Shown here in pieces: positions 12,267 through 23,115 of a stretch of DNA of 34,429 bases. The DNA comes from Octopus bimaculoides (lineage: Eukaryota), in NCBI RefSeq assembly GCF_001194135.2, contig NC_068990.1:78111114-78145542 (forward strand), read 5' to 3'. Every line of letters begins with the position of its first letter. Within the stretch, counting starts at the first letter, position 1. Below the pieces are notes generated by a model, which saw nothing but the letters and a program-made list of their open reading frames with translations, had not been told where the DNA came from and did no database searches. Made by a program: the position numbers and the translations under genes.

Positions 12267-12432
12267 TGATGAGCTTCTTTCAGTCTCTGTCTATCAAATC
12301 TACTCACAAGTCTTTGATTGGCTTAAGGCTATAACAGATGATACTTTCCTAATATGCTACACATTGGGATTGAACCCAGATTCATGTGGTTAGGGATCAA
12401 ACTTCTTTCCACATAGCCACACCTGCACCTAT
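12051..12432 (-). mobile_element. Composite SINE family A, near full length
   Basis: Minus strand: ATAGGTGCAGGTGTGGCTATGTGG head, GGTTCAATCCC B box, body, (GT)n spacer, and a tail ending ...GGATGTTAAACTAATGA. Confidence 0.8.
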
Positions 12433-12489
12433 TCATTCATACATATATATATATATATATATAAATCCTTACATGTCTTCATATGCGCA

Positions 12490-14572
12490 TACATATGTCT
12501 ATGTACTGATGAAGAATAATTCCCTTTTGTCAGTTTTACAGTGAAGATCACAGCCATTTCAACACTTTCCAACATTTCCACTCCTCCAGCAGAACTCAGC
12601 TGCATTGATGCTGCCAAAAGAAAGGCAGATTTTCACTATATTCTTGGCAGACAGCTGAATTTGTTTTACATTGATAACAGCTGTTCCACACAACTTTCTA
12701 AAGCACAGACACTGAATTCTTGCATGCAGGACAGTTTCGTCCCCCTGAAAGCATCTCGGGCAAGTTTGGCTGTTGGCACTTCCATGCCTGAAGAGCTTGT
12801 CTCGAATGAGCAATGTCCCCCTGTAGCACTGTCAAGCCAAAGACTTTTAGAAATTGTCCATGATCTTTGATCCGAAGGTCCTCTGGAAGAGACTATTCAG
12901 ACTGTTCTCATCGATACCTAGATTCAATCCTAGGCTGTCATCACTCATACCCCTCAACTAGCCCCCTATAGAAATCTGGGTTGTTTTCCCACTAACAGTT
13001 TTGTGCAGCTGATACAATGCAGTGAGTACCTGGCAACATTTTAGATGCCAAACACCCAACCTTGGTCTATGTTTGACCCATGACTGCAGCTTTCTTAATG
13101 AGATGAGCTAAAGAAAGATGTGTCACACAAAAGATGCCTACACCAGTCCAACCTTATTTTTATTGTCATCGTCATTCAATGACAGAAATCACTGCTAGTT
13201 GACTTGATTTCCAAGAGCTGAATTGCAGACTTGTCCTGGTTTATGAGTGCTCCCGTGCATTCCTGATATTCTTTCAGTATAATGTTGATCTTTTCTATGT
13301 CTGAAGAGTCCGACACCCTGACAGTGACGTTGTCTAGGTATACAAACAAAGCTCTCCCGTGACTAGTTCCAGTGGGATACCCCTCAAATTCCCCATCCTT
13401 CACAGCAAGGGTTCTAAAGCTAAAATATATAAAAGCAGGGAGAGGGGGCATCCTTGGCATACCGAGCATTCAATACTGAAAGGTTCCAAGAGGTGGCCAT
13501 TCAATTTGACAACCGAGCAGATGCCACTGTAAATTGTGGTAATCCAGCCTCTGATGATAGGACTGAAACTGAAAGTTTTTAGGACACACACCAGATAGCT
13601 ATGGTGCACCCTGTCAAAAGTTTTGGACTGGTCCAAATTGACCAGTGCCCCTCCAAAACCTGATCTGTGATGTATTACATCAGGTGGATAGATCTACTGG
13701 AGATCACACAGGTTTGTCCATCTTCAACTATACGACCAACAAGCGCCAGCCTCTTGGCAAGCACCTTAACTAACAGTTTGGAGTAGAGTTATGGGCCAGA
13801 AGTTTTCAATCACATCCTCCTTGTTAGGGTCCTTTCTCAATGCTTCCTGTCTATTGCCAGGAGTAGTAGACACCTACTAAAACTGATGCAAACAAGCCCA
13901 ACATGGGGGCATATAGTTCATAAGGCAGACCAACCAATCCTGGTGATTTGCACTCTACACAGCAGCCCAGTACATCTTCCACTTCCTCCACTGCAATCAG
14001 CTTCTCACAGCACTTGATATCCTTGTCCGATAGGCACAACATACCCTCGACATAAGCCTCAAAACCCACAGTGTCAAGAATGCCACTCCTCAAAAAGAGG
14101 TTGGCGAAATGCTGCTGAAACACTTCACTCATCTGTTTGGAATCGGAGTGCACATGGCCACTGCGGTCCTTCACAGAGTGAATCCTAGATTTGTTTCTAT
14201 GCTGTGCCTCCACTACCCAGGCCCAACCAACGGCTTTTGAGCCTTTGTGTTTCAAGGCACACACCCTAGCTCAATACAGCCTTCATGTTTTACATCAAAG
14301 AAATAGTCAAGTGCCATTCTCACTGCTAGCACGTCATCCGCAATCCCACTTTTATGTGCCTCTTCTAAGTTACTAACCACTCTATTTTCTATTCTGTTGT
14401 TTTCTAAAGCAATCTCTTTGCTACAACTAACTGACACCTCTCTGATTTTCCTTTTTAAGGAGACCCACCACCTGTTGTTGATGATGGCTCCCATCAATTC
14501 CTGTTTAAGTAGTCTACTAATCTGGTACCTGAAATCTTGCTGTGCCGGGAAGGATGCATTCATCTTCAGTAA
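12490..14572 (-). mobile_element. Tx1/L1-clade LINE ORF2 remnant (RT + CCHC zinc knuckle), frameshifted
   Basis: Motifs in the expected order on the minus strand: (W)KMNAS post-endonuclease motif; KSPGLVGLPYELY; NFWPITLL; DQSKTFDRVHH; SVCQGCPLSLLLYILALEPLL; degenerate YADD (YLDN); EYQECTGALINQDKS; CPRCFQGDETVLHARIQC. Confidence 0.92.
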
Positions 14573-14574
14573 TA

Positions 14575-15162
14575 ATATGTTTCTAATATGATACATTGTT
14601 GCTTTCCTAAACTGGACAAGGGAATTAGACTGTAAAACCAAGAAGACAATGACCATGTACAAGTCATTACATCTGAGAGGAAGTGTTGATAGGTTATACT
14701 TACTTTGGAAGGAAGGAAGGAAGGAAGGAAGGAAGGAAGGAGAGGACTGATAGTGATAGAAGACTGTATGGTGATCGTAGAATGGGATATAGAAGAGTGT
14801 GTGAGACATAGCAAAGAAAAACTGAATTCAGCAGCCAAAAAAGAGGAGAAAGATGTGGAGATCGTGAAAGAATACAAGAAAATAGAAAAGAAGAATGAGA
14901 GAGAAACATCTAGAGAAAGGAGCTACATGCTCAGTATCTCAGACAAAGGTGAGATATTGCAACAGATGAACTTTGGTTATGGATGAAGAATGGAGAATTC
15001 AAAAAAGAGACTGAAGGACTCATCATGACTGTTCAAAGACAGTCATTAAGAACATATGTGGTTAAGGCAAGAATAGACAGAACTGTGGAGAATGCTAAAG
15101 TGCGGAATGTGTAACGAGAAAGATGAGTCTGTTGTGTACGTAATAAATACTTGCGCAGAAAG
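14575..15162 (+). mobile_element. R4/Dong-clade LINE fragment (post-RT region to zinc knuckle)
   Basis: Plus-strand translation across frameshifts: NWTRELDCKTKKTMTMYKSLHLRGSVDRLYL...GRRGLIVIEDC...KKETEGLIMTVQRQSLRTYVVKARIDR...CGMCNEKDESV, similar to R4/Dong ORF motifs (family knowledge). Confidence 0.8.
14706..14740. repeat. (GGAA)n microsatellite inside the R4/Dong coding remnant
   Basis: Direct read. Confidence 0.95.
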
Positions 15163-15714
15163 AATAGTAGAACTTGAAGCAGTTCAGTGGTGCTACACCA
15201 AGAAGATTGCATCAATGAAACAGTTGAGCCACTGGAAGAGACTGAAAGAGTTATAACTTTACTTCCTGGGATGAAGATGGAAGAGATATAAGTATGGAAG
15301 ATCCTGGAAATTGGCACCAAACTTTGAGATTGAAAACTATACCAGCCCCAAACTGGACATCGCTACACTGTTTGAAAGATCCCAGCCATCCTGTCTAGAG
15401 AAAGATGTACCATATACTGAGCATAGGATTTAAGGGCCCACAGCTATTTAATATCTTGCCAAAATATCTGAGAGATCTACATAGAGTAGAGGTAGATGTT
15501 TTCAAGAAACAACTTGACCTTTTACTGTCCAAAGTTTCAGATGAACCTACATCACAGCAAGAAACTCAAAAGAGAGCAGCAATATAAAACTCTTGCCTTC
15601 ACTAAAAGCCAATCACATCAGAATGGCCATAAAAAAGGTGACGATACTGGTGGTGCCCCAGTATGGCTTCAGCCTTTGGGTTTGAAATGCATGAAGTAAA
15701 AATAATAAATAGTA
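15163..15714 (+). mobile_element. CR1/L2-like LINE 3' end inserted in the R4/Dong remnant
   Basis: ELEAVQWCYTKKIASMKQLSHWKRLKEL...GFKGPQLFNILPKYLRDLHRVEVDVFKKQLDLLLSKVSDEP, then a 3' UTR and (AAT)-rich end. AATAGTA is repeated at 15163-15169 and 15708-15714 (candidate TSD). Confidence 0.85.
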
Positions 15715-16165
15715 CCCACACCAACTAGAAAATGTGACAGAAAATGGTCAGTTTAAGATCTTATAAGACTTTATTGTACAGACTGATCATGAGATTCAAG
15801 TAAAATGACCAGATAATGTCATCTTGGACAAAGTATCAAATGCTTGCAGGACTATAGATGTGGTTGTGTCTACTAGTAAAAATGTAGCATTTAAAGGATA
15901 AGATAAGGTGGCGAGCTGGCAGAATTGTTAGCATGCTGGATGAAATGCTTAGCAGTATTTCGTCTGCCGCTACATTCTGTGTTCAAATTCTGCTGAGGTC
16001 AACTTTGTCTTTCATCCTTTAGGATAAATTAAGTACCAGTTGAGTACTGGGGCCAATGTAATCGACTTGCTCCTTCCCCAAAAATTTCAGGCCTTGTGCC
16101 TATACTAGAAAGGGTTTAAAGGATAGGAGAAATAGCAAAATACCAAGACTAAGCACGAGAAATGC
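15715..16165 (+). mobile_element. R4/Dong LINE restriction-like endonuclease remnant (continuation), split by a SINE
   Basis: HQLENVTENGQFKIL*DFIVQTDHEIQVK*PDNVILDKVSNACRTIDV..., and after the SINE, EIAKYQD*ARE (PD...D...KY motif of RLE domains). Confidence 0.8.
15901..16114 (+). mobile_element. Full-length SINE family C with 11-bp target-site duplication
   Basis: Head GGTGGCGAGCTGGCAGAA (A box) and GTTCAAATTC (B box). TTTAAAGGATA is present at both 15890-15900 and 16115-16125. Confidence 0.9.
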
Positions 16166-16948
16166 TTTGAAGATCTTGCATAAAATTACTTGTTTTTCTA
16201 TTTCTTCTGGTGTGCAGTTGTTGAAAATTTCTGTGTCCAAATGTACAAATTGAAATGCAAAAGAATGAAATAATAAATGGATTTATAAATGAAAGTTTGG
16301 TAATTGCGTTTATTTCCACCACGCGACACTTATTATTGCAAACATGTTTTAACTAACCTAAACTATACACACACANNNNNNNNNNNNNNNNNNNNNNNNN
16401 NNNNNNNNNNNNNNNNNNNNNNNNNNNNNNNNNNNNNNNNNNNNNNNNNNNNNNNNNNNNNNNNNNNNNNNNNNNNNNNNNNNNNNNNNNNNNNNNNNNN
16501 NNNNNNNNNNNNNNNNNNNNNNNNNNNNNNNNNNNNNNNNNNNNNNNNNNNNNNNNNNNNNNNNNNNNNNNNNNNNNNNNNNNNNNNNNNNNNNNNNNNN
16601 NNNNNNNNNNNNNNNNNNNNNNNNNNNNNNNNNNNNNNNNNNNNNNNNNNNNNNNNNNNNNNNNNNNNNNNNNNNNNNNNNNNNNNNNNNNNNNNNNNNN
16701 NNNNNNNNNNNNNNNNNNNNNNNNNNNNNNNNNNNNNNNNNNNNNNNNNNNNNNNNNNNNNNNNNNNNNNNNNNNNNNNNNNNNNNNNNNNNNNNNNNNN
16801 NNNNNNNNNNNNNNNNNNNNNNNNNNNNNNNNNNNNNNNNNNNNNNNNNNNNNNNNNNNNNNNNNNNNNNNNNNNNNNNNNNNNNNNNNNNNNNNNNNNN
16901 NNNNNNNNNNNNNNNNNNNNNNNNNNNNNNNNNNNNNNNNNNNNNNNN

Positions 16949-16982
<34 letters not shown>

Positions 16983-17554
16983 CTTTCTTTCTCTCTTACG
17001 TCCTCTCTGAAACATTTAAAAACACAAAACGAACACCATGACCACTCACTGTCTCTTTTACTCTCTCTCTCACTTTCTCTCTCATTCTCACTTCCTCTCT
17101 GTCCTCCTCTCTTGCTTTGCCACTTCTTTGAAGTAAGTGTGACACACACAACAGGTACGTACAAAAACAAAAAGTTAGCGTATTAATATTATTAATGATT
17201 TCTTTTATTGGCCACAAGGGCTACCCTATGATTGTGAGCCTGACACTCTAACCGCTAATCCATGTATCTTCACAAATACCTGACATATCTTGTATATTAT
17301 TAATAAAAGTGGTGAGCTAGAATCATTAGCACATAGAACAACATGTTTAGTGGAATTTCTTCTTTTTGTTCTTTATGTATTGACTTTGATAAGGTTTGTT
17401 TAAGGATAGTGAAAGAAACACCCATGTTTTCAGTGGGGAATTATTCAAACCCCAAAGAATTCCTCTCAACACATGGCTATGATGCTCCCCCACTACTTCT
17501 GCTTGTGACATGCTCAGTGTCTCTTTGATGTCATGCACTGCTCCCTCACTCAAT

Positions 17555-17782
17555 AATAATAATGGTTTCAAATTTTGGCACAAGGCCAGTAATTTCAGGG
17601 CAGCGGGGTTAAGTCGATTACATCGACCCCAGTACTCAAATGGGACTTATTTTATCAAACCTGAAAAGATGAAAGGCAAAAGTCAATGCCAGCAGAATTT
17701 GAACTAAGAACATAGAGATGGACGAAATGCTGTTAAGCATTTTGCCTGGCATGCTAATGATTCTGCAAGCTTGCCACCTTAT
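17555..17782 (-). mobile_element. SINE family C
   Basis: Reverse complement of the 15905 copy (AAGGTGGCAAGCTTGCAGAATCATTAGCATGCC...). Confidence 0.8.
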
Positions 17783-17814
17783 GATGATGATGATAATAAT
17801 AATAATGATAATAA

Positions 17815-18035
17815 TTCTCTTTAATTTTGGCAGGAGGCCAAAAGTTTTGAAAGAAGCAAGTTGATTTCATCAACTCCAGTACCTGACTACTACTTTATTT
17901 TATTAACCACCAAAAGAACAAAAGACAAAGGTGACCTTCGCAGAATTTGAAGTCAATACATAAAGAACAAAAAGAAGAAATGCCACTAGACATATTGTTC
18001 AATGTACTAATGATTCTACTAGCTCACCACCTTAT
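17815..18035 (-). mobile_element. SINE family C, diverged
   Basis: Same head and tail as the adjacent copy. Its head forms part of the inverted-repeat arm. Confidence 0.7.
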
Positions 18036-18596
18036 TAATAATATACAAGATATGTCAGGTATTTGTGAAGATACATGGATTAGCGGTTAGAGTGTCTGGC
18101 TCACAATCATGAAGTAGTAATTTCAACTGTGGAAATGAGTTTCAATGACACTGGTGCCAAGCTGTATCGGCCTTTGCTTCCCCCGCTGAATAACGTCGGT
18201 GGCGTGGAGAGGGGAGGTTGGTATGCATGGGCAATTGTTAGTCTTTTATAAACAACCTTGCCCAGACTTGTGCCTTGGTGGGTAACTTTCTAGGTGCAAT
18301 CCCACGGTCATTCTTGACTGAAGCAGGCTCTTTTCCCTTTTTATGTCAGGTATTTATGAATAAACTTTAGCTGACCTAAATAGAAGATGACCGAATGTAA
18401 TGTTATGTGCATACACTAAATTTTAACATTCCCATTTATCTTTCAGATCAAGCAACAGCATCAACATAGAATGGTTCCAATCTGACAAGGAAGATGAAAA
18501 GCATGTAATGTCTATGGCTCTAGTCATTAACTTGGAGATCACCAGCTTGCTGGACATAGCCAGTGTCATCAGTATGCAAGTGGTGACCTTTGTTTC

Positions 18597-19017
18597 AGGG
18601 ACATACCATCTAGGTAGGCAAGGTAGGCAGTGCCTACCATGAATAAAATAGATCAATAGCAACATTTTCTTTTTATGACAAAATATGCACCTAATTCAAT
18701 AAAATTATGAAGGTTACTCTCATTATTATGCATAAAATGCAAAATATATATATTTTTTTTTTGTAGATTAGGTAGGCATAATTCGCCCCTGCTTTTCAAT
18801 CTCAGTATTCAAGCTACGCATAGTACTGCTGTAGTACACCTGCTGTGTACTCTCCTACAACACCATTTTCTTTATGCACTATAAAGGCAGAAGTAAATCT
18901 GCCTTCAACTCAGTCGCATGCTTGTGTTTCGCTTTTTTTTTTTTCTTTTTTGTGTGTGTTATACTACATAAAAGCCACCAACTGCCTACCCTGAGTAATT
19001 ACTGATGGCACATGCCT
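18597..19017. mobile_element. Putative old MITE (PIF/Harbinger-like imperfect termini)
   Basis: Left end AGGGACATACCATC..AGGTAGGCAGT; right end reverse complement AGGCATGTGCCATC..GGGTAGGCAGT. No matching TSD seen. Confidence 0.35.
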
Positions 19018-19049
19018 ACTTTGTTTGTAGTCTTCTCTGAAAACATGCC

Positions 19050-19192
19050 TGATCATGGAATACTATTTACTTTACTTGGAAACAGGTAAAGGTTGGCAAC
19101 AGAAAAGACAACTGACTGCAGAAAATGTCTCAACAAAAATTTTATTTGATCCATGCAAGCATGGAAAAGTTGGATGTTAAAATGATGATGAG
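19050..19192 (+). mobile_element. SINE/RTE-type 3' tail fragment
   Basis: GGTTGGCAACAGAAAAG...CCATGCAAGCATGGAAAAGTTGGATGTTAAAATGATGATG. Confidence 0.65.
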
Positions 19193-19314
19193 TCTATGGT
19201 GGCATATTGAGCAATCCTTTGTGAGTCTTGAATCACAAAACATCTAACATACATGCTTTACTTATTTATTTATTCATTTTGTTTTATTCTTGGTTTTTCT
19301 TCTTTTATGTTTTA

Positions 19315-19718
19315 TATGTTTCAGGCATTGGACTGTGATTATGCTGGGTCACTGTCTTGAAAGGTTTGAGTCAGACAAATTGACTTCAGTACTTATTTGT
19401 TAAAGCCTGGTGTTTATTATATCATTCTCTTTTGGTAAATTATAGGGACATAAACAAACCAACACCAGCTGTCAGGTAGGGGATAAACACAAGGATACAC
19501 ACATAGATATATACATACGCGCACACATAGACGCATGCACACATACACATGCATTCGCACGCACACACAATGGGCTTCTTTAAGTTTTGTCAACCAAATC
19601 TGCCCTAGTCAGCTTAAGGCTCTAGTAAAAGACACTTGCTCAAGGTGTCACACAGTGGTACTGAACTGAAAACCATGCGGCTGGGAAGCAAACTTCTTAC
19701 CACACAGCCACACCTGCC
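19315..19718 (-). mobile_element. SINE family A
   Basis: Minus head GGCAGGTGTGGCTGTGTGGTAAGAAG...TTCAGTTCAGTACCAC, body, (CA)n spacer and tail. Confidence 0.8.
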
Positions 19719-19795
19719 AAAAATTTTGATACAACAAGAAATAAACTAAAATTAGTTACAAGTTTTATGTTTTTTAACTGGCTACTATGACTTAC

Positions 19796-20460
19796 TCAGA
19801 TAATTCCACTGATGCAATTGTATCACCAACTGATGCAACTGCTTGTTTTGTTGCAGTGCATCAGTCAGAGTCATCTGCAGTATATTGATAAGGCTTGGAA
19901 TTGTTGTACACCTTACTGGTACTTTCACCTCGACCAAATTTGAATGTAGTTTATTATACAACCATTTGTACAACTGGAGTTGTTGTCATCATGACCTAAA
20001 TCTGATGCACCAGGTTCCTTCTTCACACCTGTGTCCAGGTAATCTTGTTTTGCATCAACACCATATCCTCTGGTTCCACAAGTTGTACCTGATTCTAATT
20101 TTGTTTTATTTTTATTTTCATATCTACATCATCATCGTCACTCGTTACATCATTCCAAAGCTAAAATGACGCAACATCCGACAGTCAGTTGATGACATAA
20201 TCATAATCATATGAATCATTTGTGTCACAGACATTGTTGTCATTATGCACTGAATCAGGTTCCTTCATCAGAACTCTGTCTAGGAAGTCTGGTTTTGTAC
20301 CAACATTGTCTCCTCTGGTACTACCAGTTGCATCTGATTCCAATTTGGGTTTTTTCATCTCTGCATCATTGTTGTTGACCATCACAACATTCCAAAGCTA
20401 AAATGATGCAACATTCAATAGTCCGGTCAATCACATGATCATATGAATATGACTCTACAA
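19796..20460 (-). other. Diverged 237-bp tandem duplication with protein-like units (possible pseudo-exons)
   Basis: Units start at 20397 and 20160 (minus), each preceded by CATTTTAG. They translate to KLESDATGSTRGDNVGTKPDFLDRVLMKEP and KLESGTTCGTRGYGVDAKQDYLDTGVKKEP. A GTAAGT donor lies at 19795-19790. Confidence 0.45.
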
Positions 20461-20914
20461 TGATGTCAGCACTTCAGTTCCAACTACTGGTCTCAGAGCA
20501 AGTCACTAGCAAGACAAGTGCAACCGAAACATTATTTATTGTTTTAGAAATAGAAAGGTTTCTAGATTTTTGTTTTGCCTTTTTTTATTATTATTATTAT
20601 TAATTCCAATCTACAGAACAACAAACTGTGTATTCTTGTCATCAAAACGCTAGAAATGATTGCCTCTTATATAGAAACTTGCATCTGGAAATGTCCTTTT
20701 ATTCCTTCAAAAATTGGAGAGGTTGTGACAAACATTCCTTTCCCACAACAGTAATGCTATAAGTAAAGTGTTAGTGAGTTCCAACACACACACACGCACC
20801 CACAAACACACTCACATACATGTACGCACGAGGCACACACACAAACACACACACACATACACAATGCAATACATTATAACAGTGCAAAAGGAAGGAAACG
20901 GTTCCACGGAAGTC

Positions 20915-21360
20915 TATTGCTGTTGTTGCTGCTCCTGGTGGTGACAATGATGATGATGATGATGATGACAACTTGCTCTTCTTTTATGATGTGATTTTTT
21001 TTTTTTTTTTTTTCGTCCTCTCCTAACAGATAATGATCTGTTCTTCTACACTTAAAATGATTAGGAAGATAGGAGGGGCAAGAAATATATTCAAAAACAG
21101 AACAAATACAAATATTGATGATGATGATGGTGGTGATGATGACGACGACTATGACGATGATGATGATGATGATGACAGTGACGGAAGGAGATGATTTTGT
21201 CAGTTGTGGTCCTGGTGATAGTAATGATGACGGCAGTGGTGGTGGTGGTGGCGGCGGCGGCGGTGGTGGCGGCAGAGGCAGCAGTGATGGTGAAGGTGAA
21301 GGCGCTGCTGCTGCTGCTGCAGTTGCTGCAAGTGATGATGTTGACAATGATGAATAGGAG
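20915..21360. repeat. (GAT/GGT/GGC/GCT)n trinucleotide repeats
   Basis: Direct read. Confidence 0.9.
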
Positions 21361-22086
21361 GAAGAGCATGAGAAGAAAGTAGAAGAGAAAAACAAAAATG
21401 GGAGAAAAAGAAGAAATGGAAAAAAAAAAANNNNNNNNNNNNNNNNNNNNNNNNNNNNNNNNNNNNNNNNNNNNNNNNNNNNNNNNNNNNNNNNNNNNNN
21501 NNNNNNNNNNNNNNNNNNNNNNNNNNNNNNNNNNNNNNNNNNNNNNNNNNNNNNNNNNNNNNNNNNNNNNNNNNNNNNNNNNNNNNNNNNNNNNNNNNNN
21601 NNNNNNNNNNNNNNNNNNNNNNNNNNNNNNNNNNNNNNNNNNNNNNNNNNNNNNNNNNNNNNNNNNNNNNNNNNNNNNNNNNNNNNNNNNNNNNNNNNNN
21701 NNNNNNNNNNNNNNNNNNNNNNNNNNNNNNNNNNNNNNNNNNNNNNNNNNNNNNNNNNNNNNNNNNNNNNNNNNNNNNNNNNNNNNNNNNNNNNNNNNNN
21801 NNNNNNNNNNNTTTTTTTTTTTTTTTTTTTTGCATGTGTATGATTAGATATAGGGGTGGATAGCTGGATAGTTGAGGTGAATAATAATCAGAGTAGAAGA
21901 GATTTAACATGAAGTAAAAGGCCAAAATAAAAACAATGGAGAAGAACATGAACATCTCTCATCCACCACTGCTCCAGGTTTCTGCAAAAGAGGATCAATG
22001 AACTCTCGAGGGAGCTTCAATGTGGTCGATCAACTTGCTAGAAATAGCTACCAAATTTTAAATCACAATCCTAACATTTTTTTCAT

Positions 22087-22230
22087 TGCAAAACGGTTGG
22101 TATTGGGAAGGGCATTCAGCTGTAAAAACCATGCCAAAACAGACACACAAGTCTGGTGCAGGTTCCTGCCGAGCCAGCTCCTATCAAACCATCCAACCTA
22201 TGTCAGCATGGAAGGCAGACGTTATAAAAG
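22087..22230 (+). mobile_element. RTE-like 3' tail
   Basis: GGTTGGTATTGGGAAGGGCATTCAGCTGTAAAAACC...CAGCATGGAAGGCAGACGTTA. Confidence 0.7.
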
Positions 22231-22257
22231 AGAAAAAAGAAAGTGAGAGAGAGGAAC

Positions 22258-22552
22258 AGATGTGGCCATGTGATTAAGAAGCTTGCTTCCCAACCATGAC
22301 TTGGAAGCATCCAAATTAGTCGTGTGGAACACACTTCATGGTGATATAAGAAGAGGAAAGAACCATCTCATTTACATCGACCACTTTATTGCAGACACTG
22401 ACCTGGAATGTATTCAGGACCTCGAAACAGTGATGATGGATCCAGAGGTGTGACAGATGGACTTTGTTGCTGTGACCCAGGTTGGAACCTGGCCATAATA
22501 ATAATAGACTTATGTTCAGTCCCACTGCATGATGCCTTGGGCAAGTGTCTTA
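22258..22552 (+). mobile_element. SINE family A head interrupted by an RTE-like LINE 3' end (22303-22506)
   Basis: The insert translates EASKLVVWNTLHGDIRRGKNHLIYIDHFIADTDLECIQDLETVMMDPEV*, ends in (TAA)n, and is flanked by GACTT at 22298-22302 and 22507-22511. Confidence 0.8.
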
Positions 22553-22791
22553 AGTGGTAAGAAACTCTCAAGAGAGCTGAACAGCAGGAGGTGTTTCAGC
22601 CCTTCACTTCTTATACTCTAAGGGGGCTGGGCCACATCTAGGTCATAACTCCTGGGTGCCCTTCTGCTGGATATTGGAGATTTGTACATTTAAACCACTT
22701 AGAGATTTCATCTAGTTGTAACTCCTCTCTGTTGACTCAGCTTAAGTCCACCTAAGCTTGTAGTGCAACTGAGCACTGCATACAACAAAGT

Positions 22792-23115
22792 GAAGGTGCA
22801 TGGCTTAGTGGTTTGGGTATTCAGTTCAGCTCATAAGGTCCTGAGTTCAACTCCTAGCATGGCGTTATGTCTTTGAGCAAGGCACTTTATTTCATGTTAC
22901 TCCAGTCTGCTCAGCTGGAAAAAATGTATAGCACCTGTTTTTCAAAGGGCCAGCCTTGTCACACTCTGTGTCATGCTGAATCTCCCTGAGAACTACATCA
23001 AAGTTACACATGTCTGCGGAGTGTTCAACCACTTGCATGTTAATTTCACGAGCAGGCTGTTCCATTGATTGAATCAACTGGATCCCTTGCCGTCATAACC
23101 AATGGAGTGTCAATA
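22792..23115 (+). mobile_element. tRNA-headed SINE family D
   Basis: TGGCTTAGTGG A box and GAGTTCAACTCC B box, then GAGCAAGGCACTTTATTTCA...CTCAGCTGG, as in the 28661, 28812 and 29620 copies. Confidence 0.8.

Larger units (their letters stand above)
17228..18110. repeat. Local inverted duplication, ~160-bp arms (17228-17386 / 17950-18110)
   Basis: Hand alignment gives roughly 93% identity. The outer ~80 bp differ at one position. Confidence 0.9.

Noticed and set aside
13552-13580. CTGATGA...GAAAC inside the Tx1 remnant
   Set aside because: No pairable stem II, and it lies in LINE coding sequence; a chance match.
2382-16950. Long ORFs in the track that consist mostly of X
   Set aside because: They are open only because N gaps contain no stop codons.
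18447-18613. Possible plus-strand exon (TTTATCTTTCAG acceptor, AG|GTAGGC donor, one open frame)
   Set aside because: The peptide resembles nothing I recognise, the donor lies within the putative MITE end, and there are no supporting neighbouring exons.
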